Source: Mobula hypostoma
Lineage: Eukaryota
Assembly: GCF_963921235.1 (NCBI RefSeq)
Contig: NC_086108.1
Location: 40,426,001-40,490,000 of the forward strand
DNA: 64,000 nt
Reading direction: 5' to 3'
Shown here piece after piece: positions 38,601 through 51,199 of this stretch. Position 1 is the stretch's first letter. The number at the start of each line of letters is the position of its first letter. The notes below the pieces were generated by a model, which was not told where the DNA came from, searched no databases, and saw only the letters and a program-made list of their open reading frames with translations. The position numbers and the translations under genes were made by a program.

Positions 38601-40175
38601 TAAGAGCCATGTGTCTAAGGAGAACAGGCTCTGTAGAATGTGGCCTCAAAAGTACGGGCACACAGCTTACATTAACTTTCCGAAGATATATGACCCAGCC
38701 CTAATTGATTGGGATGATAGTGTAGAAAGGCACAACTGAGCCACTGCAGCTCACAGACTCCAGCAGAGCTGTCAGACAGCCAGCTCCAGGATTTTAATCA
38801 GGCAGGAATAAAGGAATGTCAATGCATTTCCAAAGCAGGATGGGCATCTTTGAGGGGTACAAGAAAGAAGTATTCCCACACACTTGTCTCACTGTATCTT
38901 GTAGAGTCTGGTACATTGGTTCTTGTAGGAATGAAAGAAGTGGTTGGCATGCAGGACTGCTTACTTGGTGTTTCTGGAGCTCCTGTCACTATTCATTAAA
39001 GTTTTGGAGGGACTTGCCACAGGAAACCTGGCTTCTAACCTTGTCACCACAGTATGTGTTTGACTGGCTCAGTTAAGGTTAATGGTAGCTCCCAAGTTGT
39101 TGTTGGAGGACGTTGGAAGATCAATTGGAATAAACATTAAGATGTTCAAGATATGGTTTGTATAGTGATGTGACCAATGGACATTCTTGTCAACATCAGA
39201 CAAACAGAAGGGAAAAACACAGCAGAATGATATCTACAATCACTGGATCTGCATGAAGTTGGAACAAAGCAAGAACAAACTTCCTTCCCTAAAGAGGTTT
39301 GGGCCTTACAGCAAAGCAAAAATTTCATCACCAGTGCCAACTATTTTTAATTGCCAAATTCAAAATTGCAAACTACAATAGATTTTGGATGAAATCCCCA
39401 GACTGTTGAGCGAGACCTTAGAATATACAATATCTGTAGTAATGTAGCCACTGTAACATCAGACCTGATAGGAACACAATAAGTTGGACCTAAGCCACTT
39501 TTTTTTTGGAACTTGCTCATTAAACCTGAAAGCAAATCCCACAAGGGACAACCTCCAGGTATTAATAACATTGATGTCAAGGTGTATTCAGAAACCAAAG
39601 AACATCCGTTTCATTTAATCTTATCACTGGAGCAAGAATCGGCCAGTTGATCCCGTGGACATGCCCCACCATTCAGTAAGTTCAATGCTGATCCAAGTGT
39701 GATCTCATTATCATTTTCATATGTCTCTGCATACCCCTTGAAGTTCCTGTAAACATCTGACAGTCTCTACCTTAAATATACTCACTGTCTCTGTTTCCAG
39801 ATCTCTCTGGAATAGAGAATTCCAAAGAGCCACGATCCCTCCAAATGAAGTGGGTGATGCTTATTCTGATCCTATGCTGCTGGTTCTAGATTCCCCCACT
39901 GAGGAAAATAATCCATTGATTACACCGCCATCAGGCTCCTGCACTAGTGTGGATAACATCACCCACCTCAATGCTGAACTGAATCCTCTACCTATAGAAT
40001 CATTTTGAAGGACGCTACAGCTCATTTTCTCAGTATCATTTGCTTATATTTTTATTATTTGCATGATTTGTCTTTTTTTGTACATTGGTGTTTGTCAGCC
40101 TTTGTTATGTAGAGTGTTTCATGAATTCTATTGTATTTCTTTATTTTTAAGTATATGCCTTCACTCAAGGTAGTA

Positions 40176-41731
40176 CAGTGCCTATAAAAAGTATTCACTC
40201 CTCCCTTAGAAGTTTTCATGGTCTATTTTTTACAACATTGAATCACAGTGGATTTAATTTGGCTTTTTTGACACTGATCAACAGAAAAAAGTGTCAAAGA
40301 AAAAACAGATCTGTACAAAGTGATCTCAAGTAATTACAAATATAGAACACAAAATAATTGATTGCATAAGTATTCACCCCTTCACCCCCTTTAAAGTGAC
40401 ACACCAAATCATGACTGATGCAGCCAAAATTGGTTTTAGAAGTCACATGATTAGTTAAATGGATATCACCATGTGCAGACATGATATTTCAATTGATTGT
40501 AGTAAAAATACTCCTGTATCTGGAAGGGCCAACTGCTGGTGAGTCATTGTCCTGGCAAACACTACACCATGAAGGAAAAAGAACACTCCAAGCAACTCTG
40601 CAAAAAGGTTATTGAAAATCACAAGTCAGGAGATGGATAAAATAAGATTTCAAAGTCACTGAATATCCCTTGGAGTACAGCTTAGTCAACCATCAAGAAA
40701 TGGAAGAATATGGCACAGCTGTAAATCTGCCTGTAGCAGACCATTTGTCAAAAACTGAGTGACCGTGCAAGAAGGGGACTAGTGAGGGAGGCCACCAAGA
40801 GACCCATGACCACTCTGAAGGAGTTAGAAGCTTCAGTGGCAGAGATGGGAGAGACTGTGCATACAACTGTTGCCCAGGTGCTTCACCAGTCACAGCTTTA
40901 TGGGAGAGTGGCAAAGGGAAAGCCACTGTTGAAAGAAACTCAAATGAAATCTTGACTGGAGTTTGTCAGGAGGCATGTGGGAGATTCTGAAGTCAGCTGG
41001 AAGAAGTTTCTATGGTCTGATGAAATCAAAATTGAGTTTCTTGGCCATCAGCATGGTCTCCCTACCATGAAGCATGGTGGTGGCTGTATCGTGCTGCAGG
41101 GATGCTTCGCTGCAGCAGGCCCTGGAAGGCTTGTGAAGGCACAGGGTAAAATGAATGCAGCAAAATACAGAGGAATTCTGGAGGAAAACCTGATGCAGTC
41201 TGCAAGAGAACCGCAACTTGGGAGGAGCTTTGTTTTCCAGCAAGACAATGGCCCTAAGCATAAAGCCAAACCTACACAGGATTGGCTTAAAGACAACAAA
41301 GTTGATGTCAGAGTCCAGTTGAAAATTTGTGCCTGGACTTGAAAAAGGCTATTCACTCTTGATCCCTATGCAATCTGATAGAGATTGAGCTGTTTTGTAA
41401 AGAAGAATGGGGAAGAATTTCTGTGTCCAGATGTGCAAAGCTGGCAGAGCCCTATCCATATAGACTCAAGCCTGTAATTGCTACCAAAGGTGCGTCTACT
41501 AAATACCGATTTGAAGGGAGTGAGTAATAATGCAATCAACAATTATGTGGTTGAATAATTGTCATAAATTTAGACCAATTTGTAGAGATCTGTTTTCACT
41601 TTGTCATGAAGGAGTCTTTTCTGTTGATCAGTGTCAAAAAAAATCAAATTAAATCCACTGTGATTCAATGCTGTAAAACAATAAAACATGAAAATTTCCA
41701 AGGGGGAATTGAAAACATTTTATAGGCACTA
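40176..41731 (+). mobile_element. Tc1/mariner DNA transposon with long (~200 bp) TIRs; transposase pseudogene
   Basis: TA|CAGTGCCTATAAAA left end and TTTTATAGGCACT right end; WSDEIKIE, KHGGG, FVFQQDNGPKH motifs with stops and a deletion. Confidence 0.92.
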
Positions 41732-42540
41732 TTTATATATTGGGGCAGTTGCAACTAAGCATTTTCCAAAGATTTCTTCAACTATTATTAACTATACATA
41801 GGAGCACATAGTACAAGGGGGAAGTAGAATGAAAAGGTTCACAATGTGACAGGTATCATGAAAGTACTTCTGGCTTCAGTTGTAATGGATATTGTTCTTT
41901 GTTTTTTGCCTGTGAATAATCAGTCTTTATTGCAATATGCACTAGTGTGACTGATGTATTATACAGCAACAGCAACCACAAATTATACCAAGGAATGGAA
42001 AATAGTGCCCTTTGGAAAATCATAATGTCACCATTGCAGTTGTGACTTTAGTTCTGGCTATAGGAGGATGAACTTTGCCTCTGCCAGCAGTAGACGCGGT
42101 AATGAAGGAAAACCTCACAATCCTACGCAGTGATATGGATCAATATTTGAGGGGCTATGTTATTACTGAGTTGCCACCAGTTCCACACTTGGCTGCAGAC
42201 TGAACATGAGTTGTGGAGGAGGTAGGGAGATGATCCATCAATGGACTAAACACGCAACTGAAGTGTCGAGTGACTCAGGTTTTTGGAGTAAACTTTGGAA
42301 TTGGAGATCGAATGTTCAAATACACTCATGGATGAGAACAGAATCACCTGCTGCTGTAATACTAATTTAATGTATGTTGATAATTGTAAAATTCAATGTG
42401 TACCAAGTAAGAAGATGGAAGGCTGAAAATATGTGCAAATAGGATAATGATGCTCTTATAAAACAGAAGAGATGATTGTCAGTATAAAAAGTGTGTGAAT
42501 TTACTAAAAAAATGATATTTTGACCTTTATATAAGGTGAG

Positions 42541-43468
42541 TGTATCACACCTACTGGGAGTCCATTGCAGTCCTATGGGCAATCAACAAAACGAGAGGAG
42601 GATAATGATCCTAAGATAAATTTCTTTGGATCAAGAGGAGGGAGATATTGGCCAGAAAGAACTCCAATCTACAATCAGTGAACAGGAATAAGGTAAAGGC
42701 AGTGGAAGCAGACAAAACAAATGTGTTTGTTCTTGTCATACAGTTGCAGGAATGAAGGCGACCATATTGTGACTGTCCTTGCAGCCGCCATTTTATGAAC
42801 TGTTTGGCGAACCAATTCTTGCTTCAAGATAACTTAACCAGAACAACTGAGCATGGGCACTGCGAGTTTTCTGCTGAGATCATTTTCAGATAAGAAGCTC
42901 TGTATTATGTAAAATGCAGGCTTGCAGAAGGAAAAGCTTGATATCTGGTCATTTGGGCCCAATTTTTTGCTGACCTGGTTTGAACCAGTCTGAACAAAAG
43001 GCACAAGGCTGAAGGGAGAGGCATAAAGCAATACTGCTTGTAGCCTTGGGCCACTTCCAATGAGAAGCTGACACATATCAATCAGATGACCTTGAGCCAA
43101 TCAAATTGAACCATCATAGATCGATCTGATAAGGAAAAGTATAAGATTGGAGGATCTTGGGAGGGCAGGCAGCAATAACTCTGTGGAGACCAACTATCAA
43201 AGAAGTAGATTACCCCAGATCAGAAACATAGAGATTACACAGGATCAGGAAGGACGTCTGGCCACTGTAGACTCCTATCCCCGGATATTGCTTTTTCTAT
43301 TTGTTGACTGCTCATGGAAGGTCAGAGAGACATAGTGAATCCAAACATGAGTATTTTGATTTGTAGACTCACAAGCTTTTAACTGTGTCAATAAAGGTAC
43401 TTGTCAGTAAGTATAGATTCATCCTGTGCCTAACTGATTATTATTATTGAGGGTTAATCCTTGTAACG
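42541..43468 (+). mobile_element. Solo LTR, same family as the LTR at 26.5-27.3 kb
   Basis: Extended similarity to 26530-27318; TG start; imperfect TSD tgag/agag; left boundary uncertain. Confidence 0.65.
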
Positions 43469-46400
43469 AGAGCAATATGGGCCAGAAGCATGATGTTTGA
43501 TAAGATAAGTATCTTAGTACATGTCTGGCTGAAGAGCCTGTTTCCCTGCTGTATGTCGCTGTGCTTTATCTTGGTCAGCTAGCAGAAGGGTGAAACTTTG
43601 ATGCCCTGAGTAATAGTTAAACAATTAGTTGACATGATGAAATAAAAACAGAATGCCGGGCATGTGACTCCTTGGAAAGACAATAAATTCTCATGTTCTT
43701 CAATACAAAATTGACAGAGGTCAGATTACTCTCTAACGTCAAGATTAAATTGAAAATATTATATTTTCAACAATGCTCAGAATGGAAAAAAAGTTTAGAA
43801 TGAAACTGTTCAGCTACTTGTCAGTACCTTTTAACACTGCAATAATTGAACAGTTGCAAATAAAAGGCAGCAGTAAAGTATATGCTTTTGGATTAAAAAT
43901 AGGCTTTGCTAAATTTGATAGGGCAGAATGCATCAGGAGGTAAATCTTGTGGCCACTCATTTGACAATTTGTCCAATGCTCTTACAATATGCCTGCTCTC
44001 AACTTTTTGCCTCTTTTCAAAGCGCACTCTGTTTCCTACATCCCTGATCCTCCACTCTCACTTTCCATCTTTTCATTCATCAAAATTTTAAGAATATTGT
44101 ATCCATGTAGTTGAAATTACCAACTTCTTGTTAAGATAAGTTTGACAGACATTTTGTTTCAGCAATTTCCCTCAAAGAGCAGTGAGAGAAATCAGCTGTT
44201 AAGTGGGTGTGGGTATGTGTCAATGTGTGTGGGGGAGGGTTGGTGGGTGTACTACCGTTTGTAGAAAGCATATTTTCCCTAAGTTGATTGCCATGTTTCA
44301 TCTGTTTGAGAGAGGAGAGTTTCAGCATAAAACACATGTTGAATTCTAACACTTTGTCATGTTGATGTGTCAAGTTTGATGTAGAGATAGCTACTTCCTC
44401 AACTGTGTGCTTGCAAATAAGCTCAGGTTTACACATGACTTCTTTATGTTTATGCTATGTTTAAAAGGAAGTTAGATATGGCCCTTGTGGCTACAGGGGT
44501 CAGGGGGTATGGAGGGAAGGCTGGGTTCTGAGTTGGATGATCAGCCATGATCATAATAAATGGCGGTGCAGGCTCGAAGGGCCGAATGGCCTACTCCTGC
44601 ACCTATTTTCTATGTTTCTATGTTTCTATGTTTACAAACTTAACCTTAAAATCTAAGAATGTGAAGAAGTGAACTGCAGTTGATGGCAGAGCATTAATTT
44701 TAGAGAGGCCTGGGAGTGGACTGCCTATAGAAGACAAACGTAAGGGAATGAAACTGACAATGTGACTTAGTGTAGATATATTTCTATATGCCTAACCCAT
44801 GGGTGTGTAATGATGAGAAGACGAAGAAGAAGAAGAATAGCCCTTAACTCGACAGTGGAGTTATCGGGGCACCATCTTTTCCCAAAAGTGTCAGTTTCAA
44901 AAGAAGTGCTCTGTAAGAATTTCAGTGTTGAAGTTCTCAAGGACTACACAGGACTTGGTTAAGACAGTGCCTCGTAAACAACCTGCCAACTCCCAGGCTG
45001 CAAGAGGTGCAAGGGGTCTGTAGATCTTGGGCTGCCTGGATGTCTGCCAGAACTAGATAGTGAATAGGAGATTCTTGGTTTCTGTAATAAGAAGAACCTG
45101 GACTGCTGTGCTGAGAAGCACGAGGTCATCTAGCAATTAGGAGCAATATGCGTTGAGGGACTGGAGGCTCCACCATTCCTCCACTGAAGTGGAACAGCTC
45201 TACATGCATCTGAAGACAGAAGAAAACCCACAAACTGAAATAATGTTGCTGTATGAAGAGAGAAGAAGAGACTCAGCATACTTGACACATGCAAATGTCA
45301 GCACTGTTCTAGACATCAGTCAAGACCTCACTCCACAGAGAGGCAAGAACAACCGAGAACTGATCAATGGCAGTTGGCCAGTTCACTACTCAGTGCTCGG
45401 CCATGACTCTGTATTTGACATGATCGCCCTTGCCTCCAACCCACAGCCTCTTCGTGCCAGCTTTGTTGCCTTTCTTGACTGACGAGGGACTAAGAAAGCT
45501 ATACCCCAACTTGTAAATAATAAGGACTAGGAGACAGAGGATATCCCAGTTGAAACTCTGGTATTCAGCTTCAAATACGAAGCCACACTGGCAATTTCAG
45601 AGTTGCCGTAATCGTGACCACCCTCAAGAGGATATGACTATTATAACTCTAGAGGCGTCCCACAATGTGTGCTGCAAGGTTCTCCTCAACTACTTCCTCC
45701 CGGTGGTCAAAGGGATGATTCCCAAGCACAGCATGAACAAAAATTCCAAGGGAAATGTATGGAATAGAACCAGCCACCAGATGAAAATCAAAGGAGTAGG
45801 AAATCTGAAGTGAAAATTATAAAGTGTTGCAAGCACTCGGCAGGCCAGGCAGCATCCATGGAAAGAAAAGCAGAGTTAATGTTTCAGATCAAAGGCTGTG
45901 CATTAGAACTGGGAAAGTGAGAAAATAAGTTAAAATTAAGTTGCAAAAAGGGTGGGAGTGGAAGGTGAAAAACAAAATGAATGTCGCTGATAGGGTGGGC
46001 CTGGAATTGATAAAATGTCAATGAAACCATCTGGTTCATCAATAAGGATAGTTAGAGAGAGAAAATAAATAAAGAGATGTAAAAATGTGGTGTAGCTCAA
46101 AACTAGGAATCGCTCACCAGAGTTTTCCTCTCTGCACTGAGCTAATATTACAGACAGAATTCTAGAAAGCTGGTTGGTTCTGATATGAACAGAGAAATTG
46201 CTAATAAGATTGGGATTTCCTGAACATGTTTTGCTTTTCTTTATGTCTTTGTTTTACTCAAAAGATGCATCCTATCAGCTTGTGATTTATTCTGAAAGCA
46301 AGGGATTTCAAGCAGAAGTGCCACTAAACTCTTGGTAGGCCTGCTGGAGTTGGATTTGATTGATTCTGTAAGATTGCTGTGTCTCATCATTGTAATGGCT

Positions 46401-46828
46401 TTCTGTTCTGCCAAAGAAGCTGCATATTAATGATGCTTAGGCCTGTACTAGCAACTGTGAGGACTTAACAAATATGACTGTTAATTGAATGAATGAACAA
46501 GTTTATACAAAGCCATATCCACTATTTTCTGGAACATGGAAAATGAGCCACAAATGGACCACTCAGAAGGCTGGTGATCTGTCACTATTTATGGTAGAGC
46601 TCTTAAAGATAGCGGAATCAAAGGTTATGGGGATAAGGCAGGAACTAGATACTGATTGTGGATGATCAGACATGATCACAGTGAATGGTGGTGCTGGCTC
46701 GAAGGGCCAAATGGCCTACTCCTGCACCTATTGTCTATTGTCTATTGATACTTGATAAAGTACCCTTTTCTTGCAATAAAAAGGAATGTAGGTTCGGGTG
46801 GGGAAAAAAAACTAACTTCCCAGTATGC

Positions 46829-46981
46829 TCAAACACGAGGAAATCTGCAGATGCTGGAAATTCAAGCAACACACACAAAAAATCCTGGTCAGGACGAAGG
46901 GTCTCGGCCCGAAACATCAACTGTACCTCTTCCTATAGATGCTGCCTGGCCTACTGCGTTCACCAGCATTTTTTGTGTGTG
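46829..46981. repeat. Penelope terminal-repeat fold-back insertion with 13-bp TSD
   Basis: ttcccagtatgct duplicated on both flanks; contains gaagggtctcggcccgaaacatc. Confidence 0.75.
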
Positions 46982-47520
46982 TTCCCAGTATGCTATTGTA
47001 TCTGAACATTTGCTATTTGTCAATAAAGACAAGGATATCAAATAGTGGAAATCCTTTCTCCTTTGATCTCCCCTTCAGTCAAGATTAGTCAGCCAACACA
47101 TCTTTGTTCCCAGCATCATTTTATTGTTCGGGGTAGTGTGGGATTGTCATGCGATGTAATTGTGGACCTTTGTTGTATCTCATGTCAAAATATTGTTATT
47201 AACCCCACAAGTTACAGCATGTTCTATCTATCCTATTCCATTACTATTGATAATGTAACAGAATTATAGTCAATACTTTAATAACTGCTTCCCTAGCGTT
47301 ACCTCAACCTGACTAGTTTAATTGTCCAAAATAAATCCATACTCTGTCCTTTATTATCAGACTTGCTTTGTATAATTTTTTTAAAGTTTTCATGTACTTT
47401 CAGAATTTTGCACCCTGTGCCCCTTTACGTTACTTGTATCCCAGTTCTACTATTGCTACAACACACATCAAAGTTGCTGGTGAACGCAGCAGGCCGGGCA
47501 GCATCTCTAGGAAGCGGTAC

Positions 47521-47556
47521 GGTCGACGTTTCAGGCCAAGACCATTCATCAGGACT
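47521..47556 (-). ncRNA. Minimal hammerhead ribozyme motif (inverted copy)
   Basis: Reverse complement reads AGTC-CTGATGA-ATGGTCTTGGCCT-GAAA-CGTC-GACC. Confidence 0.7.
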
Positions 47557-47612
47557 GTACCTCTTCCTAGAGATGCTGCCTGGCCTGCTGCGTTCACCAG
47601 CAACTTTGATTT

Positions 47613-49673
47613 GTGTTGCTTGAATTTCCAGCATCTGCAGAATTCCTGTTGTCTATTATTGCCCCCACCGATGACCCCTTCTCCCGTCTTCAACCCTCCT
47701 CTTCTTCATGGACACCCCGCTCTGGTCTTCTGCCTGCTCTGGATCTCTTTATCGCTAATTGCCGACGGGACATCAACCGTCTCGACTTCACCGCACCTTG
47801 TCCCCATTCCAACCTCACTCCTTCGGAACGCTCTGCTCTCCACTCCCTCCGCACTAATCCTAACCTTATTATTAAACCCGCCGATAAGTGGGGTGCTGTT
47901 GTAGTCTGGCATACTGACCTCTACCTTGCCGAGGCACAGCGACAACTCGCGGATACCTCCTCTTATTTACCCCTCGATCGTGACCCCACTAAGGAGCACC
48001 AGGCCATTGTCTCCCACACCATCACCGACTTTATCCGCTCAGGGGATCTCCCATCCACTGCTACCAACCTTATAGTTCCCACACCCCGCACTTCCCGTTG
48101 CTACCTCCTACCCAAGATCCACAAACCTGCCTGTCCTGGCCGACCTATTGTCTCAGCTTGCTCCTGTCCCACCGAACTCATTTCTGCATACCTCGACACG
48201 GTTTTATCACCCCTTGTTCAATCCCTTCCGACCTATGTTCGTGACACTTCTCACGCTCTTAAACTTTTCGATGATTTTAAGTTCCCTGGCCCCCACCGCT
48301 TTATTTTCACCATGGATGTCCAGTCCTTATATACTTCCATCCCCCATCAGGAAGGTCTCAAAGCTCTACGCTTCTTTTTGGATTCCAGACCTAATCAGTT
48401 CCCCTCTACCACCACTCTGCTCCGTCTAGCGGAATTAGTCCTTACTCTTAATAATTTCTCCTTTGGCTCCTCCCACTTCCTCCAAACTAAAGGTGTAGCT
48501 ATGGGCACCCATATGGGTCCTAGCTATGCCTGCCTTTTTGTTGGGTTTGTGGAACAATCTATGTTCCGTGCTTATTCTGGTATCTGTCCCCCACTTTTCC
48601 TTCGCTACATCGACGACTGCATTGGCGCTGCTTCCTGCACGCATGCAGAACTAGTTGACTTTATTAACTTTGCCTCCAACTTTCACCCTGCCCTCAAGTT
48701 AAACTGGTCCATTTCCGACACCTCCCTCCCCTTTCTAGATCTTTCTGTCTCTGTCTCTGGAGACAGCTTATCCACTGATGTCTACTATAAGCCTACTGAC
48801 TCTCACAGCTATCTGGACTATTCCTCTTCTCACCCTGTCTCTCGCAAAAACACCATCCCCTTCTCGCAATTCCTCCGTCTCCGCCGCATCTGCTCTCAGG
48901 ATGAGGCTTTTCATTCTAGGACGAGGGAGATGTCTTCCTTTTTTGAAGAAAGGGGCTTCCCTTCCTCCACTATCAACTCTGCTCTTAAATGCATCTCCCC
49001 CATTTCACGTACATCTGCTCTCACTCCATCCTCCCGCCACCCCACTCGGAATAGGGTTCCCCTGGTCCTGACCTACCACCCCACCAGCCTCCGGGTCCAA
49101 CATATTATTTTCCGTAACTTCCGCCACCTCCAACGGGATCCCACCACTAAGCACATCTTTCCCTCCCCCGCTCTCTCTGCATTCCACAGGGATCGCTCCC
49201 TGCGCAACTCCCTTGTCCATTCGTCTCCCCCATCCCTCCCCACTGATCTCCCTCCTGGCACTTATCCGTGTAAGCGGAACAAGTGCTACACATGCCCTTA
49301 CACTTCCTCCCTTACCACCATTCAGGGCCCCGAACAGTCCTTCCAGGTGAGGCAACACTTCACCTGTGAGTCGACTGGGGTGATATACTGCGTCCGGCGC
49401 TCCCGATGTGGCCTTTTATATATTGGCGAGACCCGACGCAGACTGGGAGACCGCTTTGCCGAACATCTATGCTCTGTCCGCCAGAGAAAGCAGGATCTCC
49501 CAGTGGCCACACATTTTAATTCCACATCCCATTCCCATTCTGACATGTCTATCCACGGCCTCCTCTACTGTAAAGATGAAGCCTCACTCAGGTTGGAGGA
49601 ACAACACCTTATATTCCGTCTGGGTAGCCTCCAACCTGATGGCATGAACATCGACTTCTCTAACTTCCGCTAA
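47613..49673 (+). CDS. Penelope-like RT plus GIY-YIG endonuclease, uninterrupted 686-codon frame
   Basis: IIKPADKWG, YLLPKIHK, TMDVQSLYTSIP, GVAMG, RYIDD, FLD, CKRNKCYTC linker, VIY...YIGETRRRLGDRFAEH, GMN; the true N-terminus is missing and the listed start lies in the terminal repeat. Confidence 0.93.
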   Translation: MLLEFPASAEFLLSIIAPTDDPFSRLQPSSSSWTPRSGLLPALDLFIANCRRDINRLDFTAPCPHSNLTPSERSALHSLRTNPNLIIKPADKWGAVVVWHTDLYLAEAQRQLADTSSYLPLDRDPTKEHQAIVSHTITDFIRSGDLPSTATNLIVPTPRTSRCYLLPKIHKPACPGRPIVSACSCPTELISAYLDTVLSPLVQSLPTYVRDTSHALKLFDDFKFPGPHRFIFTMDVQSLYTSIPHQEGLKALRFFLDSRPNQFPSTTTLLRLAELVLTLNNFSFGSSHFLQTKGVAMGTHMGPSYACLFVGFVEQSMFRAYSGICPPLFLRYIDDCIGAASCTHAELVDFINFASNFHPALKLNWSISDTSLPFLDLSVSVSGDSLSTDVYYKPTDSHSYLDYSSSHPVSRKNTIPFSQFLRLRRICSQDEAFHSRTREMSSFFEERGFPSSTINSALKCISPISRTSALTPSSRHPTRNRVPLVLTYHPTSLRVQHIIFRNFRHLQRDPTTKHIFPSPALSAFHRDRSLRNSLVHSSPPSLPTDLPPGTYPCKRNKCYTCPYTSSLTTIQGPEQSFQVRQHFTCESTGVIYCVRRSRCGLLYIGETRRRLGDRFAEHLCSVRQRKQDLPVATHFNSTSHSHSDMSIHGLLYCKDEASLRLEEQHLIFRLGSLQPDGMNIDFSNFR

Positions 49674-49967
49674 GGCCCCACCTCCCCCTCGTACCCCATC
49701 TGTTACTTATTTTTATGCACACATTCTTTCTCTCACTCTCCTTTTTCTCCCTCTGACCCTCTGAACATATCCCTTTCCCATCCTCTGGGTCCCCCCCCGC
49801 TTGTCTTTCTTCCCGGACCTCCTGTCCCATGATCCTCTCGTATCCCCTTTTGCCTATCACCTGTCCAGCTCTTGGCTCTATCCCTCCCCCTCCTGTCTTC
49901 TCCTATCATTTTGGATCTCCTCCTCCCCCTCCAACTTTCAAATCCCTTACTCACTCTTCTTTCAGTT

Positions 49968-50003
49968 AGTCCTGACGAAGGGTCTCGGCCTGAAACGTCG
50001 TCT
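49968..50003 (+). ncRNA. Minimal type I hammerhead ribozyme motif in the Penelope terminal repeat
   Basis: AGTC-CTGACGA-AGGGTCTCGGCCT-GAAA-CGTC-GTCT; core boxes intact; palindromic ACGT stem III; one stem I mismatch. Confidence 0.75.
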
Positions 50004-51199
50004 GCACCTCTTCCTACAGATGCTGCCTGGCCTGCTGCGTTCACCAGCAACTTTGATGTGTGTTGCTTGAATTTCCAGCATCTGCAGAATTCCTGTTGTT
50101 TGCATCTACTATTGCTACCTTGTTTTGTTTTGCATTTTTCAGGGACTTGACTACATTTACACTGGCCACTTTCAGATTGGCTCTTTAGTGGCTAACAGTA
50201 CACCGTGTAGTTTAATGCCCTTTAATTTGTGACAAAGTTCATCATATGCAGTCTCATTTTGTTCTTTCTAGTATTACATTCTTCCTAACAGCTATTATTG
50301 TTTTATAAACCAATCTTACTGTATCCATCAGTGAAATTTTGTTCGTGGGACCACTCCTTCACTTTCTAGGATTGAATTCTTTCTCCCAGCTATTATTAAT
50401 TTCGAAACTGATCTTACTGCATCCATCAATGAATTTTTGTTCTTTGCACCGCTCCCTTCATCTTCGTAAACAGAGAAGCAGAAATGTCAATTTACCATTC
50501 ATACTGTTTTCATCCATGAGGAAAAAGTTTTTTCTTTGGGTGGGGGCTGAGAGTACAGAACAAAATTGGAGCAGGGGTTGGCCACTGTCCCCCTCTAGCC
50601 TGTCCGCTGTTCAATATGGCTGATGTGTCCCCAAGTTACTGTACCAGTTCCACATTCTTTCAGAAATGTACCCACATCCTCTTCAAATAGTTCTATTGAT
50701 TTAGCTTCCACAACTCTCTAGGCTTGAGAATTCTAAAGAAGCATTTCCTTCTGTGAGAAGAGGTGGGTTAGCATGATTTATCACATTGATAAAAGGCACA
50801 GTAGTTAATTGTAGAAAACATTTTTATGAACTTGTCTTTTAAATGCTACTCGATTGCTTCTGCTTCAACCTCCTTTATACCTCAAGCTCAAAGCTTTCAT
50901 GCTTTTGAATCACTCATTTTCTGAGTGAGTTAAATGTTGGCAATGAGGCTCCCAAAGGGATATTAAATCTGCCAATTGAAACCACATAGACTACTAAGGT
51001 CACAGGGTTGGTTTCCCCCACATGTAACCAATTTGCTGATCATAGCAGTAGTTTGTGAGTGCCTCAGCCTACTTGTATATTTGTTTTTTTTACCAAATAG
51101 AGAGAAGGAACTAATTAATTTTCTTATCATACACCTGATCAAGCTGTAGTAACAAATGCCTCTATGGATAAGATGCCGTGGAGTGGCTAGTTCCTCAGG

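Larger units (their letters stand above)
47460..50104 (+). mobile_element. Penelope-like element (probably Neptune-type), 5'-truncated, with inverted 5' terminal repeat and 14-bp TSD
   Basis: tctactattgctac at 47446-47459 and 50105-50118; repeat 47553-47652 matches 50000-50099; inverted copy at 47460-47556. Confidence 0.92.

Noticed and set aside
44820..45813. ORFs 45153-45482 and 45550-45813 as a host gene
   Set aside because: No recognisable motifs or exon structure; probably an old repeat remnant that I could not classify
47368..47904. 178-aa ORF and the similar short ORFs at 49733-50150 and 63509-63795
   Set aside because: Alternate-frame readings of Penelope terminal repeats; not independent genes
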